Of a DNA stretch of 64,000 bases, positions 1-12,599 are shown piece after piece. The stretch's first letter is position 1; each line of letters starts with the position of its first letter. The notes below the pieces were generated by a model. That model had not been told where the DNA came from and did no database searches. It worked only from the letters and a program-made list of their open reading frames with translations. Both the position numbers and the translations under genes were made by a program. The DNA is from Octopus sinensis (lineage: Eukaryota). The DNA lies in NCBI RefSeq assembly GCF_006345805.1, contig NW_021832712.1:41422-105421 (forward strand), read 5' to 3'.

Positions 1-249
1 TAAACTTTATTAATAAAAAGTTATAGTTTTCACGCTAAAATATTTAAATAAAAAATAACAATAAATTATTAAAATAATTAAGAAAATCATTTTTTCCAAT
101 GAAATTAAATATAGGAAAAATATTATTATTATAAAATATGGCAGTAGGTGGGTTATCCAACCCAGTGGGCTATAAAACCGGTGACATAGTATAACGTAGT
201 TCATCCAGATGATAGGTTTGGTCACGTTTGTACGCATTTGAAATTTCGT

Positions 250-1100
250 TAAATTCTGCAAGAAAGAATTCAGCGTTGACTGATTTATCTGTTTTCATTT
301 CCACGTGTAATTTACGCATTCTGAATCCATATCTCTGAATTTATGCAAGAATCCATTAGAATTTTTAAAATAGCGTCCCTTTTCAATAAAAGATAATTTC
401 TTGTTTTTCTTGATATTCTCTTCTAGAAAATGCTTGAGATGTTTTGCTAGACGTCCTGGCTTAAACCTTTTTACTGCTGAGCCTCGAATGCCATTTGAAG
501 GCTAGAGTATGGTGAATTTGGTCTCTATGGAACGAGTTTAGATTAAGATTGTCCGTATCAGAAAGTACACATGTTCCGGCATTATAGAGGAAGATAGGTT
601 TCACCTGTGAATTGTATAAACGTATCCATGTTTGTGCACTGAGTCCTTTGCGTTTTAGCCAATTTTCCTTTAGGCTACATGTTTTTCGCATAATTACGTC
701 TTGTTCATCTCCCAATAAAAATCCAAGTTTTTTAGCTTTTGTCCAGTGATCGTCAAGCTTAGAAATTTATCTGTCAAGTTCAGTAAATTTTGTTTTCTCC
801 ATATTTACAATCAGGAATCCCTGCGCGAGTTTATTTGGCATCAACTCCAATAGGTTTTCTAAAGTATTCATGTCGAAGGAAATAAAATCCATGCCACCAC
901 ATTGATCTTTTCTTCATAGTATGGTTTTAGGTCTCTCAATGGAGTTTTAAAATATACAACAAGCAGCATTGAGAGAACAGATCCCCTTGAGGTGTTCCCG
1001 ATGTTGTTTCAATTGACTTAGAGCACTTGTTACGTACCCTGCCCGATAGTTAGGTTTCTGATAAAACTTATCTATATCAAACTGTCTTAATTACCAATTG
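250..1100 (-). mobile_element. Degenerate non-LTR retrotransposon (LINE) RT/C-terminal fragment
   Basis: ORF 461-715 (-) reads WIRLYNSQVKPIFLYNAGT...LNSFHRDQIHHTLAFKW, the typical post-RT region of RTE/CR1-like LINEs. Flanks are broken by stops; boundaries approximate. Confidence 0.6.
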
Positions 1101-1124
1101 TGTTATTTAGCACCAGTCGATCCC

Positions 1125-4100
1125 ATGTCATCACACGGGAATAATACAAATATTCTAAATTTTTACGTAATAGATTAATGTATTTAAATAATTATTTAAT
1201 TATCAAATTTAAAAAATAAATTTAGAGGTTGTGTTTGATACTCTTTCTTGTTACCAGTGAGTGCTGCTTCTATTAAAAAATTACGAATATTACTTAAATT
1301 TGTTGTATTATTGTTTTTCTAGTGTCTGACCTTCAAATTATTTTTCTCGTAAATCTCGCTGAAAACAACGAAAACAGAAAATTATGCGACAGAGCAAAAG
1401 TATTAAATTGTTTAATTATTAGTAGCAAATAGCCGATAAAGTTGTTCATATTGACGACTTTTCTAAATATAACCCTGTAGAAGGCGAAAAGCACTGTCTT
1501 GTAACATGGGACTTTGAGTCAGACGCTTTTATGACAATCCGAAACACTGCAAGGTCCATTATTAGCCCATCATATTTCTTAAAAATAACAGAGAATAAGA
1601 AAGTTTGTGTTAAAAATTAAATCTGTAGTTTTTCCCCTATCTTTTACGCCCTATATATAATGAAAAATTCAAAAATGTCGTAATCACTCTCAGTCCTGGA
1701 TTTGCTTACTGCGAAATAGTTTTGCAATTTTTTATTCAATTTAAATCAGGCGAAATACGTCGTTTTTCTTCACAGCATGTCAGCTGTGGTAAAACGAACT
1801 ACTACCGATGAAACTAAGATTGTAATTTCTAACAGAGCCGATTGGATTGAGGCAAATAGAGCAACAGCAATGGGAATCAAAGTCCTCACAAAGAATTGGA
1901 TAGTAGATTGCTGGAACAAGCGAGATGACGACTCGTTCGATCCTTTTCTGGATTCAATTCTTCACAAGTACAGGATGAAGTGTTTTTACGGACTGCACAT
2001 TTCATTTTACGGTTTTTCTGACGAGGATTATCACCTCCACGAAAAAACAGTCGTAAACGGAGGTAAGTTTATATAAATCATTTTCCCTAATTAAACAGAT
2101 GGATTTTCTGTTGATGTTGCCGATTTAGACTGCACTCATGTTGTCGTTCCTTACAATTTTGACGGAGACATTCGAATTCCAATACGAGAGGAGCTCGTTA
2201 TTGTAAGCTCTGAGGTTGTTTTAATTTGACAATCACTATTTATAGTGGTTTTGGAAATGTATTCAGGCAAATACTTATTTGAATGTTAAAGCTTATTTGA
2301 TTACATTAAATGTATTATTTCTCAATATTTTCTCTAGTCTGGACAATCATATGATCAAAACAATCAGCGTGTAACTTTGGCAGAACTTGTTGACGAAAAG
2401 CTAAAATCTCCGCTTTTTGTTAACGACTTGTCTTATAAATCTGAGATTTCTTACGAGGATCACGGCAGTCAACGAACTGCTACTTTAGAATCACCACTTT
2501 CGAGTCTGAAAATCCGAAATATTTATAAATTAGGTACTCTGAACCCTCCTTCTACAATTTCACGTGAAAATAAAGAAAAAGTTGTCAAGACAAAGAGGCA
2601 ATTCGCATTTGAAGAACTTTATAACACAGAAAGGAAATATTTTGCCATTCTCGAATTTATTGGAAAAGTATTTTGTATGGAATTAAATGGCAGACAATTC
2701 CTGACGAGCTGAATAGTTTAGCTGATAATGTAGAAGGAGAATTGATTTCCAAATTTGAAATTCGTTACATTTTTGGATCATTAAGTGAGTTGCACAGTGT
2801 TCATGCAAAAATTTTGTCTGAATTGACTAAAATCTCGTCGAATTGGAAAGGCAAGTTGTCGGTAGGAAAAATATATCTTGACTCGATTAATCAAATATTT
2901 TCTGCTTATAACAAGTTTACATCGAACTATAGTTCTTGTATTCAGCGAATAAAAATGCATATGAGTGATAGGCCTCGGTTTTTGGCTTTTTTGAAAGTTA
3001 TTATTTTGTAATAATTTCAGTTGAAAGAATCGCTTGAAATGAGTGGAAGGCAATTGTTACATGAGTTGTTTATTAAGCCGATTCAGCGACTACCACAGAC
3101 CATTTTACTTCTACAGGGTATGGATTAGTAAAATATTATTTTGTGATTATTAGCTAAGATATCATTTTTTTATAATGTAATAGCACATTTCTTAATTAAT
3201 TATCCCATGTTTAGAATTATTAAAATTCACGCCAGAAAAAATGGCTGATCACTCTCTTCTTATAGAAGCTATTTCTAAACTTAAGGATTCCTTATCGTAC
3301 TCATAGTGCTAAGTGGTTCCAGGAAGATCAATTCTCACTGTAAAGAGACTGAAAACACAGTGGCTATGCTTGCTCTCTTTAATGACATTTATGATTGTCC
3401 GGTAATATCTAGTATTGTATTTTAAGTCGGCTTTGATATCGTCAATCAGGAAGCTCATGATGAAAATTCGAGTCATTGAATTATCTAATCTGGTTTGCAG
3501 AGATGGTGATGAAATGCTATTGTGTGTATTTAACGACTGTATTGAGGTTTATATAAAATCACATTTATACTTAGCTGTGCAAATACAGGAAGAAGTTTAA
3601 TCTTTCTGTGAACAAATCGACCCAGTCACTAAAACATGTTGCCTTGTTTCCTTTATCGTGTGTAAGGAGAGTCGTTTCGGTTGTTGACAATGGTTCTTGT
3701 TGTATTTTTATTACTAGATAATGTGTTTGCATTGGTTTGGCAATCAATCATTAAAATGACCGATTTGATATGCGCATTTTCATTAATTCGCGATGAAATA
3801 ACTTTGTGTGATAATAAAAACAAAGTTCTCGCTGAGCTATGTCGTCATGCAGACAACGTCACTTGTAGTGGAAATGTATTTTTCATGTTATAATATTTAG
3901 CTTTTATATCACTGTGAACTGAGAAATCTTCCTGATGATCTGATAAAATCTAAACTTTCACGGTAAACTAATTCTTGTTATTATTCAAAGAATTACGACT
4001 GGACTTAGTCGAATGTTTTCTTTTAGAAGTTCAGAAAGAAAACATTCAAAGGACAACAATCTTTCACGTAGTCCGTTTACTCGGCAGGAACTTACTAATG

Positions 4101-4314
4101 TTGTGGCTGATGATGTGGAGACATCTTCACTTTATTCATACAATTCCTCTCTTTTTAAACGACTCTCTCGTAAAGTGAGTATAACTAATTCAATTGTATG
4201 TTGTGTATTTATCATGTATAGTGTTCTGCTGCAGCAAACATTGCGAAGGATGATAAAAAACCTAAAAGAGCTTCCATTTTTGGTCGAAGACGTTCTACTA
4301 AGAGGACTATTTAA
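1125..4314 (+). CDS. ECT2: ECT2 RhoGEF (BRCT repeats + DH-PH), multi-exon with micro-introns
   Basis: Spliced translation gives BRCT segments (NWIVDCWNKR; ISFYGFSDED; CTHVVV; WFWKCIQ), a DH domain (EELYNTERKY; IRYIFGSLSELHSVH; RPRFLAFLK; ELFIKPIQRLP) and a PH start (LLCVFNDCIE), in ECT2 order. The 5' start and last exon (...RASIFGRRRSTKRTI*) are inferred. Confidence 0.88.
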
Positions 4315-4431
4315 CTTTCTACTTATTTGTATATATTTGTTCTTTGACCCGCTTTTACCCTTTGGTATATAGATTAATTTAATAATTTATTCCGCACATT
4401 AATATTGTAATCTTTATTTAAAATTTATATA

Positions 4432-5358
4432 CAGTAAAACCTCTCGAATCCCTCGCTTCTCGAATCCGCTTGTTTTAGTCAAAAATTTTGAACCGCAAGG
4501 ATTAATATAATTTCGGATTAACTGACCAAGAAATTATACTAAATATGGATGTAACAGGTTTTTTTATTAAGTATTTCCTGCAAGAACGATTTTATTAAGC
4601 CAAAAAAGGGCGTAAAACAATCTAAAGTTTGAATAACTGTTGCTTTATGTTCTAATGCAAATGAATCAATTAAAATGACACCTTTTTTATTAGACACAGC
4701 AAGAAACCAAGGTGTTTCAAAGGATTCAATGTTGGAAAATACTGTCATTATTATGAAAATTAATATAAAAAAATTTATTTACTTCTTGATAACGTGCCAA
4801 GTCACATTTTGAAGAACAATTTTCCAAACATTAAAGTTATAAAGCTTCCAAAGAACTCAACTGCTCAATTTCAACCAATGGATACATGAATAATAAAAAA
4901 TCTAAAGAAAAAAGTTAGTGGTTGATTAAATGAACTCGCTTGATCAATCATTAGACTTTTTTGTTAATCTTAGACACGCAATATCGTTACTTCACGAAGA
5001 TTTGGCAAGTTTGAAACAAGAAACTATCAGTAATTGTTTCAAAAAAGTTGGAATTATTCAAGATCCTGATGAGTCTAATGCTGAATAAAAGTTGTCGCCA
5101 GATCCAATTATTGAGGCACACAATAATGAGCTAGACCAAATTATGATTGAAGAAGATATGCTTCAAACAGAAAAAGTCATTGCACTGTTTCAAGAAGAAT
5201 ACACTGTTGAAGATATCATACTTAATGCTGAAGATGGCCAGGTCGATGAGAGTTACAATATTAGCCCAACCACTTTATTTGATGCAATTCAAATTGTCAT
5301 TAAATCAAGTTCTTGTTCGAATTGCTTTTCTCAAAATATAACACTTTTAACACTTTAA
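4432..5358 (+). mobile_element. Degenerate pogo/Tigger-like DNA transposon relic
   Basis: Begins TA|CAGTAAAACCTC (Tigger-type terminus). Contains LLDNVPSH...IKLPKNSTAQFQPMD (DDE_1) with stops, and an acidic tail ORF at 5092-5358. No second TIR found. Confidence 0.6.
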
Positions 5359-5391
5359 CACTTTTAACACTTTTTATTGACCAAAGGACAA

Positions 5392-5707
5392 GGGTAAGCC
5401 AGTTAATTATAATCCCCCGTGATCCCCCGATTCATGCGAGGGAGATTCTTCTAAAAGGTTCGATCCTGCCCACAATGATCGGACTGAGACGACGATGTCC
5501 CAGGGTCAGAGTTCTAGAAGTCCATTTTCGGTAGGCATTAAGTGCCACCTGAGCGTTTCCATATCCGATTGGAAGTTCCAACTGACATGGTGGACCCCAT
5601 AACGCCACGCTAAGACCGGAAAGAAGGTAAGAGATCCTCATTTTCCAACTGTGTCGTGCCAGAAGTACTCGTTGCCTCACGGGCAGGGGAACGATAACGA
5701 GAATTGA
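5392..5707 (+). repeat. ~315-bp GC-rich dispersed repeat, copy 1 (SINE-like or structured RNA, unclassified)
   Basis: Highly similar to the reverse complement of 46059-46375; a 5'-only third copy lies at ~46826-46866. B-box-like GGTTCGATCC at 5457-5466. No reading frame is conserved between copies. Confidence 0.75.
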
Positions 5708-6158
5708 CAAACGATACTGTAAAAAATTTGAATATTACATTTAATAGTACATCATTAACTGAATATGTACAATGATTTTTAACAGAAAATCGAGATTTAG
5801 TTAAAAAACCATTAATTAATGTCGGCTTATTTGATAAGAGAAAGCCAAATTCTTTCATGACAGCTAAGCCAATAATGTACAAATTGAGCCTTTTAAGGAA
5901 GAGAATTTCTTCTCCCCACTTTGAAAGACTCTAAAAATAAGATCGCATATTTTCACTATGTTTATTATACTCTAATTACATAAAATTGGAAAATATACTC
6001 GTAAAAATTATTCCCGTGGGGATTATATATTTTCTTGAAACATTTGTGTTTATCATATTGAAAATGCATTGATGCTATTTGCACAAAATACTAATAACCC
6101 AGGCATAATATAATGTATGCTTTGACTGTCACGAGAATTTATTCTCGAAAGGTATATA

Positions 6159-7640
6159 CAGCGATACAAATAAAAAACGGAACACTCATTTTCTCGATTT
6201 TTTCCTATTGAATGATTGATTTATTTTAACAAAAATAGAATTTTTAGAAGACAAACATAACTTTAGCCCAAAAAAAAACTTTAGCCTTTAAAAAAAATTT
6301 AAAACAACTTATATTTCGGACCGTAATTAAATCCAGTTTTGTCCAAACAAAATAAAAAAGAGAACAAAATAAAATTCTCTATTTTTACAGAGTTTTTTAA
6401 ACCATTTTTTATTTTATTACACGTGTTGATTCTTGTTACATGGTTTTACAACTTACATTACAAGAAAAAGCAGAAATTATTACGTATTATAAAGTCGGAA
6501 AGTCATATCGGGAAATAAGAAATTTGACCGGAAGATATCTGAGTGCCATCTCGAGAGTCATTCGACACTTCACCATGAATGATTCCTTCCAGAGAAAAAA
6601 AGGCTCAGGACGAAGATTTAAACTTAACTCTGATGATCTCGGAATAATTCAACGTGAACAAAAAACTGACGTTGATTTCAATTCCGTAAAATGTTCGGAA
6701 ATTTTACGTTCTGAAACGGGAACTGCTGTCACATCACAGACAGTGAGGAACTATTTGAAAAGACTGAACAGCCTACGAAAAGGCCATATCTGTTGAAAAA
6801 ACACAAAAGGACTAGACTTTCTCAGTGCATTAAGTGGAACATGTTGCCGAATGTGTTCTGGAATCGAGTTATCTTTAGTGATGAATCGAAATTCAATCTA
6901 TTTAATCCCGATGGAAGAAAATTTGTCTGGAGAAAAAGGGGACAAAGGCTTTTAAGCGAAAATGTTACTACAACAGTCAAGTTTGGAAAAGGGAACTTAA
7001 TGGTTTGGGACGCATTTACATCGGAATGTTTTTCGGAACTTGTTTGGATAAAGGGAATTATGAATGGGAACTTATATGTAAGTATCTTGGCGGACTATTT
7101 GTTGCCTTTTTTGGAGAAAACCGGAATCCGGTCTCCAATTTATCAACAAGATAATGATCCAAAGCACACATGCAAGGTGGCTAAAGATTTTTTTAATGAA
7201 CACCGAATTGAGTTATTACAATGGCCTCCTCAAAGTCCCGATTTGTATCCAATCGAGCACGTGTGGGCCTTCATGAAACATAAAATAAAAGGGACTGAAT
7301 TTAAAAAAAAGAGTGACCTATTTGAGGAATTAAAAAATATTTGGAATGATCTTTCAATATAATATGCGACATCCCTTGTTGGAACAATGCGGAACAGAAT
7401 TTTAGACGTAATTAATGTTCAGGGGGGTCATACTAAATTTTGAACTACCATTGTTCTCTTTTTTATTTTGTTTGAAAAAAATTTGGTTTAAATACATATT
7501 AAAATCTTTGACGTTTGGATTTTTATAAAAGGCAAAAGTTAAGATTATAGCTTGAAATTCGATTTTTTATTAAAAGAAATTGAGCATTATATAGAAAGAA
7601 ATTGAGAAATTGGCTGTTCCGTTTTTTATTTGTATCGCTG
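6159..7640 (+). mobile_element. Tc1-family DD34E transposon, full length but disrupted
   Basis: TIRs CAGCGATACAAATAAAAAACGGAACA / TGTTCCGTTTTTTATTTGTATCGCTG with TA on both sides. HTH ORF 6440-6796 and catalytic ORF 6793-7362 (FSDES, QDND-34-PIE). One frameshift at ~6780 and a premature TAA at 7360 before ...GGHTKF*. Confidence 0.95.
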
Positions 7641-8220
7641 TAGCGTTCGAAAAAATACAATCGTATATTTTTCCTATCTTAATTATACTTGAATTACATA
7701 AAATTATAAAAAATACTCGTACAAATTATACCCGTAAGGTATCATATAATTTCTATTTATATTAAAAGCTATTACATAATCGTAGTTATCTAATAGTTAT
7801 TAAATCTTTTATTATTCCTTTTTTATTTTGTACTTTGTGAAACAGCAGTTTCAACTTACATAATCATTTTTAAAAAATTCTTCAACAGCAGGGTTCAATG
7901 GTTTGCTACCACTAAAAAATATTCAAGGAAATTAATTATTTACTCTTAAATTTCTATCTCAAATTTTTGACCTGTTGTATATTTTGATTGAAATATTAAT
8001 TCCAGGATTCAAGAAAATGGTCATGAAAATTGATAAAGATTTGGACGCCCCAAGAATTTACGATGGATTTTCTTTAAGGATTCCGAATCTCGTGTATAGC
8101 CAAGCTGTTTCCTGCGTTATTGATTTAGTATTAAAATATCTCCCACTATTTTGACTTTTTTTATTTAAAAGCTATATTTTTTTGTTGTTACGCAAATATG
8201 GGGAAATAATAACGGTAGTA

Positions 8221-8745
8221 CAGTACAACCTTGGTTTGGGGCAGACCTCAGGGGTGGTCCACTCTCGGTTTTTGGGGCACCCCTGCCTATTGGGACAGTT
8301 TTAAAAAACAATAAATTTTTCATTAAGTAATAAAAATATTATAATAATCAAAATAACAACCACAGGAAGTGAGCTGCCAAGCTCGATCTGCGAGCGCGAC
8401 GGGGCAGGAGTTAGAGCCCAGCCGAACGGATTGCTTGCGCGTTTCCGCGCACGATTGCGAGCAAGATCCTCTACCTTTGCCAAGAGGACTCGCGAGCATC
8501 CATTTTCTTCCGAGCAATGAGGATAGCCAGGTCTTTCATGAAGCATGAGGTGAGCGAACCGGAAGCGCCTGATGTCTCAAAAGCCAGAGGCACGAAGGAA
8601 TGCAAGTGGCAAGATTTTTGTACTTTTCGACTTTGCGGGCTTTCGCCAAAGCAGCGGTTGAGCCGGAAGAAGATGCAGATAAAAATAAAGCGGATTTTTC
8701 ATTATATTATTTATTTTTGATGACCCCGGTTTGGGGGACATACAA
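8221..8745. mobile_element. Non-autonomous pogo-type element related to the 51443-53174 transposon
   Basis: TA|CAGTACAACCTTGGTTTGGGGCAGACCTCAGGGGTGG...TTTTGGGGCACCCC resembles the reverse complement of the 53096-53174 TIR. The right end (~8720-8745) is degenerate. Confidence 0.5.
8340..8690 (-). mobile_element. CRE-like (RLE) non-LTR retrotransposon 3' fragment
   Basis: GC-rich island. The minus strand reads ALAKARKVEKYKNL / FVPLAFETSGASG...ARESSW..RI.LAIVRGNAQAIRS, matching the C-terminus of ORF 43727-44503. Confidence 0.75.
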
Positions 8746-9092
8746 TTTAATTACAAAATGTTATTTAATTTAGTAATTATTAAATGGTATTACAATTTAA
8801 AGTGTTTATTTTTATTCTTGCATGGTTCGTAAATGTGGCCATTGGTTTAAATCAAATAAGTAAGCCCCTCAAAAAGACAAAAAACTGCACAATTTTTATG
8901 AACATTGTTATCCGCAATTTTCTAATAACTGCCAAATTTTTGTCCCATTTTTGGCAGATATGTAAGACTTTACGTTATTTATTTTTACTAATAAAGAACA
9001 AACAATAAAATTAATTTTTATTTTGAAACGTTGTTAAAAAAAAGTCAAATGAATTCCCAAAAAACGAATTCGTAGGTAAATACTTAGAAAGA

Positions 9093-9571
9093 CTATTTCT
9101 GATATGTCTTATAAGCGTAGAACACGAAGAAAGCATTTAATACTCCAGCGATTGCGCAAAAAATCTTTAAATCATTAATAATAGATTACTGAAGTAGCAA
9201 TAATTGATGCTTGAGAGAAGCCATCATATGGAATATTTAAATTAGCAATTGCGATACTGAAAGAGATAAGATATAAAACTTGAGAAGCAAATCTTTGAAT
9301 CATGATATAAATTTTAATTTTTTTTTCATCAATTTTTGAATTTAATTTAAAGAAAAAAAGTGCAAAATAAAGGGAATTGGTTGCAAATAACAAAACACCT
9401 GTGAATTGAATAAACCCTCCGCCGTTTAATGAAAATTTCCAATTTAGTGAAGAACAGATTATTATTAAAATATCATTAATCTAAGTTAAAAAAATGAGAT
9501 TAATAAGATACAATTAATATAATTTGTGTAGCCCCTTTGGATGATCGCAAATAATCTACATCACATATCAT
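9093..9571 (-). CDS. MARVEL-domain tetraspan membrane protein (CMTM/plasmolipin-like), ~140 aa
   Basis: Removing GT-AG introns of 31 and 25 nt gives MICDVDYLRSSKGATQIILIINDILIIIC...FIQFTGVLLFATNSLYFALFFF...QVLYLISFSIAIA...SIIATSIFCAIAGVLNAFFVFYAYKTYQK*: four hydrophobic segments and a DYLRS.KG start typical of MARVEL proteins. The start codon is uncertain. Confidence 0.7.
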
Positions 9572-10036
9572 AGGAGTCCTTGCTTAAATTGTTCACGTAA
9601 AAATGAATTAATGTTGAATTAAATTTGGTATATTTATTTTTTAAAAAAACCATTTATATTTATTTAAATTAATTATTCAAATTACGGGAAAATAAAAAAA
9701 TACATCGCGACAACAGAGATTAAAAGAAACTTCATTAAGTCGTACTATTTGTTATCTTTCACAATTTCTTAATAATTTTGTTGCAAGTTTCTCAAAATCT
9801 TTTAAACAGATTTTTCAAATAAATCAATTTATAAAAATACAATTTAAAATCAAAAAAGACAGCGAATTTAAATATTCTAATCTTGAGAATGTGAATTTTA
9901 TGTTCATGAATATTTAAGTTTTAGTTAAGAAATTATTTCCAAGCTAAAACTAAGAAAAAATACACAAAAATTGCAATAAAGAATTAGTAACACAAAATAA
10001 ATTCAAAATTAAAAAAAGAAATTGAAAACAAAATAG

Positions 10037-11177
10037 TTATTCATCCATGTCGCTAGAATCTTTTTGCAATATTTTGCAAATAAGATTTTTATAGTACATG
10101 CTATTCACTTGAGTCAAATTCGGCTGTTCGCAGTGAAATGTAGAAAGATAACCATTCTGCACATTATAATCAAAATCTCTATGATAGTTAGATACCATCG
10201 ACGAAAAAATGTTACTAAAATATATAATACTTTGAATATACATATATCTATCTCTAACAAGACAATTATTTTTACAACTAGAAATAAAATATTTTTTCTT
10301 AGCTCGTAGATATAAGATAATTTCGTCAGCACGAGCAGATGGTTTCCAAATATAATAAAATCGTACTAAGTCATTTACAGTTCGATTAACGAACTAAAAA
10401 TTAATTAAAAACTCGCCTTATTTTCCTTGATTCGAAAGAAATTTTTACCAAAAAGTAACAGACCTTCCTCAAAAAGACGACACTCATCTTCAGACCAGGA
10501 ATTCAGAAACTCTATCAAAATAAAAGTCATTTTTACTTATCTCAGACGAACTTACTGATAGTGATTTAGCTTCATCAAATGCAGCAGTCATATTATAGCC
10601 ATGCTTTTTGATACACGCAAGAAGCTTTGATAAAATAAAAGAGATACCTGCTCATTATCGCTTATACCTCCATCCAATTGAACGATAGTGCCCGTGGAAT
10701 ACAAAAAGTCTGAAACTTCAGAAAGAGAGCACTTTGGACTCCACAATTCTTCTTCATCATAAACCCGAAGGTCAGAACTTTCGAAGTTTGGATTTCTGCT
10801 TGGAATTTATCTCCAATATCAATATCTCTCTTCCACTTCGTACTAGATTCAGATATCTGAAAACTTGAATCGTCGGAACTATCAGAAATCTCTGAATTTA
10901 TTTTAGTAAGTGCAACTACCCAATAGTAATTCACTATAAAATGTTTTTTCATCATGAGCTGAAGTAGGGCGATTGTAATTGTTATTTATAAGAACTTGTT
11001 CTAGAGGTGTGGTGGCATCCTTAAGAAATAAGTTGAAATATGAACTTCAAATAATTTTGTGAGATCTTCAGCCTGACACTCGTCGCCAGAAATTGAAGAA
11101 TTTGATATTGATACAACTATTTTTGTTTGATTAAATAAACTCAAACCTGGTGAATTGTTTAAAGATAAAGAACTCAT
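10037..11177 (-). CDS. MIER1: MIER-family ELM2-SANT corepressor
   Basis: ELM2 (KWKRDIDIGDKFQAEI...VYDEEELWSPK; DNEQ) and SANT (WSEDECRLFEEGLLLFGKNFFRIKENK|FVNRTVNDLVRFYYIWK) match the MIER family. One apparent 1-bp deletion at ~10790. The symbol is family-level. Confidence 0.82.
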
Positions 11178-11351
11178 TATAACTTTTCAGGTTTTATAAA
11201 TCAGTTATAACCTCACACAAATACAAAATTGTTTTCGTTACGTTATATTAAATTAATTTTTTTTAATTTTGAAAAATCTTATTAAATAATTTTTGGAAAT
11301 CAATTCTTAACAAAATAATTCATCATTTTGAATTTCCGGCACATAAGATGA

Positions 11352-12565
11352 CCTGGCTGTTTTCACGGGCGATTGCCAACGAGAGTCATTACATTAATAG
11401 ATAATAATAGGCATTAAATAGATAAAAATAGGGAGAGAGAGAAGCGCAGCAGAGAAGCACCAGGCAAAAAAGGAACACGCAAAAAAGAACGGGCAAATCT
11501 GTGAAGTTGAGCATAAACAGTTTTAATTAATTACCTTAGCTGAGCTTTCTTGTCTTCAGCTTCTTTTTACCTCCTTGGTTATCTATTGATAAAATATTTG
11601 AATAAAAAAGATTGGAAAAGAGCATACTAAAATACAAAATTTCATCTTAACGAAAAACTAATAAATAGTTAAGTCAATTTGTTATGATTTTGCTAATGTG
11701 AAAGTTTTTTAAATCTTTGGACTCCACATTCTTCTCATCAATAAACCCGAAGGTCAGAACTTTCGAAGTTTGGAATTTCTGCTTGGAATTTATCTCCAAT
11801 ATCAATATCTCTCTTCCACTTCGTACTAGATTCAGATATCTTATTGGGTCTAAATGCTATGGAAAACCTTAGAGTTTATTTAAATCAGTTTTATGAGAGG
11901 GACCTTAGGAACTTAGTTGGAAGGAATTACCACAAGAGAAGTATTGGCATATTGTTTGATAAAAATAGATATATGATTGGAGACTGATTTCTTGATGTAT
12001 AGGGTATTTTATTAAAATTATAGACAGGTTAATTAAACTATGGGGCTAAAATTGTAGAGTACTTAGGAAATGATTCGTAGGAAAAAAATTAGCTGTCTAA
12101 TAAAAAAATTATTTTTGAAAATTGTTCACTTTCAATAGAATCTATGCTTGGTCCAAATTTTAAAGACAAATCTGTTAATCTGTTAATTGCAGCCTATTCA
12201 AGGTCGTGTAATCTGTTAATTACACACTCTGTCAAGGTCAATTTGATAACACCTTTAATTCATTAATTTTGAGAATTTTAATGTTAAAAAAATTTTGATT
12301 CATAGTTGATAATTGATGGCATTTAATTTTAAAGAGAAAATCTGGAAGGTTTTAATCGACCTCATCATGCGTTTCGAGGATATTCACGTTGTTCATTTTA
12401 ACCAAAATGGAGAAAATTGTTTTTTTCGCGGGAAGTTTTTAAGGACTTTATCATGTGAGTCGACGAGATCTGGTTGTTCATTTTAACCAACATTCGGAAA
12501 ATATTTTTTTACGTTTTTGGCTGGAAGGTTTAAAGTACCGCATCATGTAAGTCAAGAACATCACC
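11352..12565 (-). mobile_element. Older inverted copy of the Helitron family at 15650-18740, with an internal insert
   Basis: Reverse-complement homology: 12350-12565 to the 94-bp repeat units, 12160-12350 to ~17690-17940, and 11520-11690 to ~18040-18340. A possible degenerate 3' end (...GCAATCGCCCGTGAAAACAGCCAG on the minus strand) lies near 11352. Confidence 0.65.
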
Positions 12566-12599
12566 CTACTGTCGAATGGCGTGGTGTGTTGTGCTATAA

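Noticed and set aside
5339-5374. (AACACTTTT)n run as a telomere-like seed
   Set aside because: Only ~4 imperfect units with no match to known telomere motifs; probably slippage.
5392-5707. Hammerhead, twister or HDV-like ribozyme in the 315-bp repeat
   Set aside because: No CTGANGA...GAAA core on either strand, and I could not build a twister or HDV fold consistent in both copies by eye.
6770-10800. Programmed frameshifting in the Tc1 (~6780) or pseudogenisation of MIER (~10790)
   Set aside because: Both are 1-bp losses in short homopolymers, similar indels differ between duplicate copies throughout the window, and the duplicated MIER piece has the missing base. Sequencing error is the simpler explanation.
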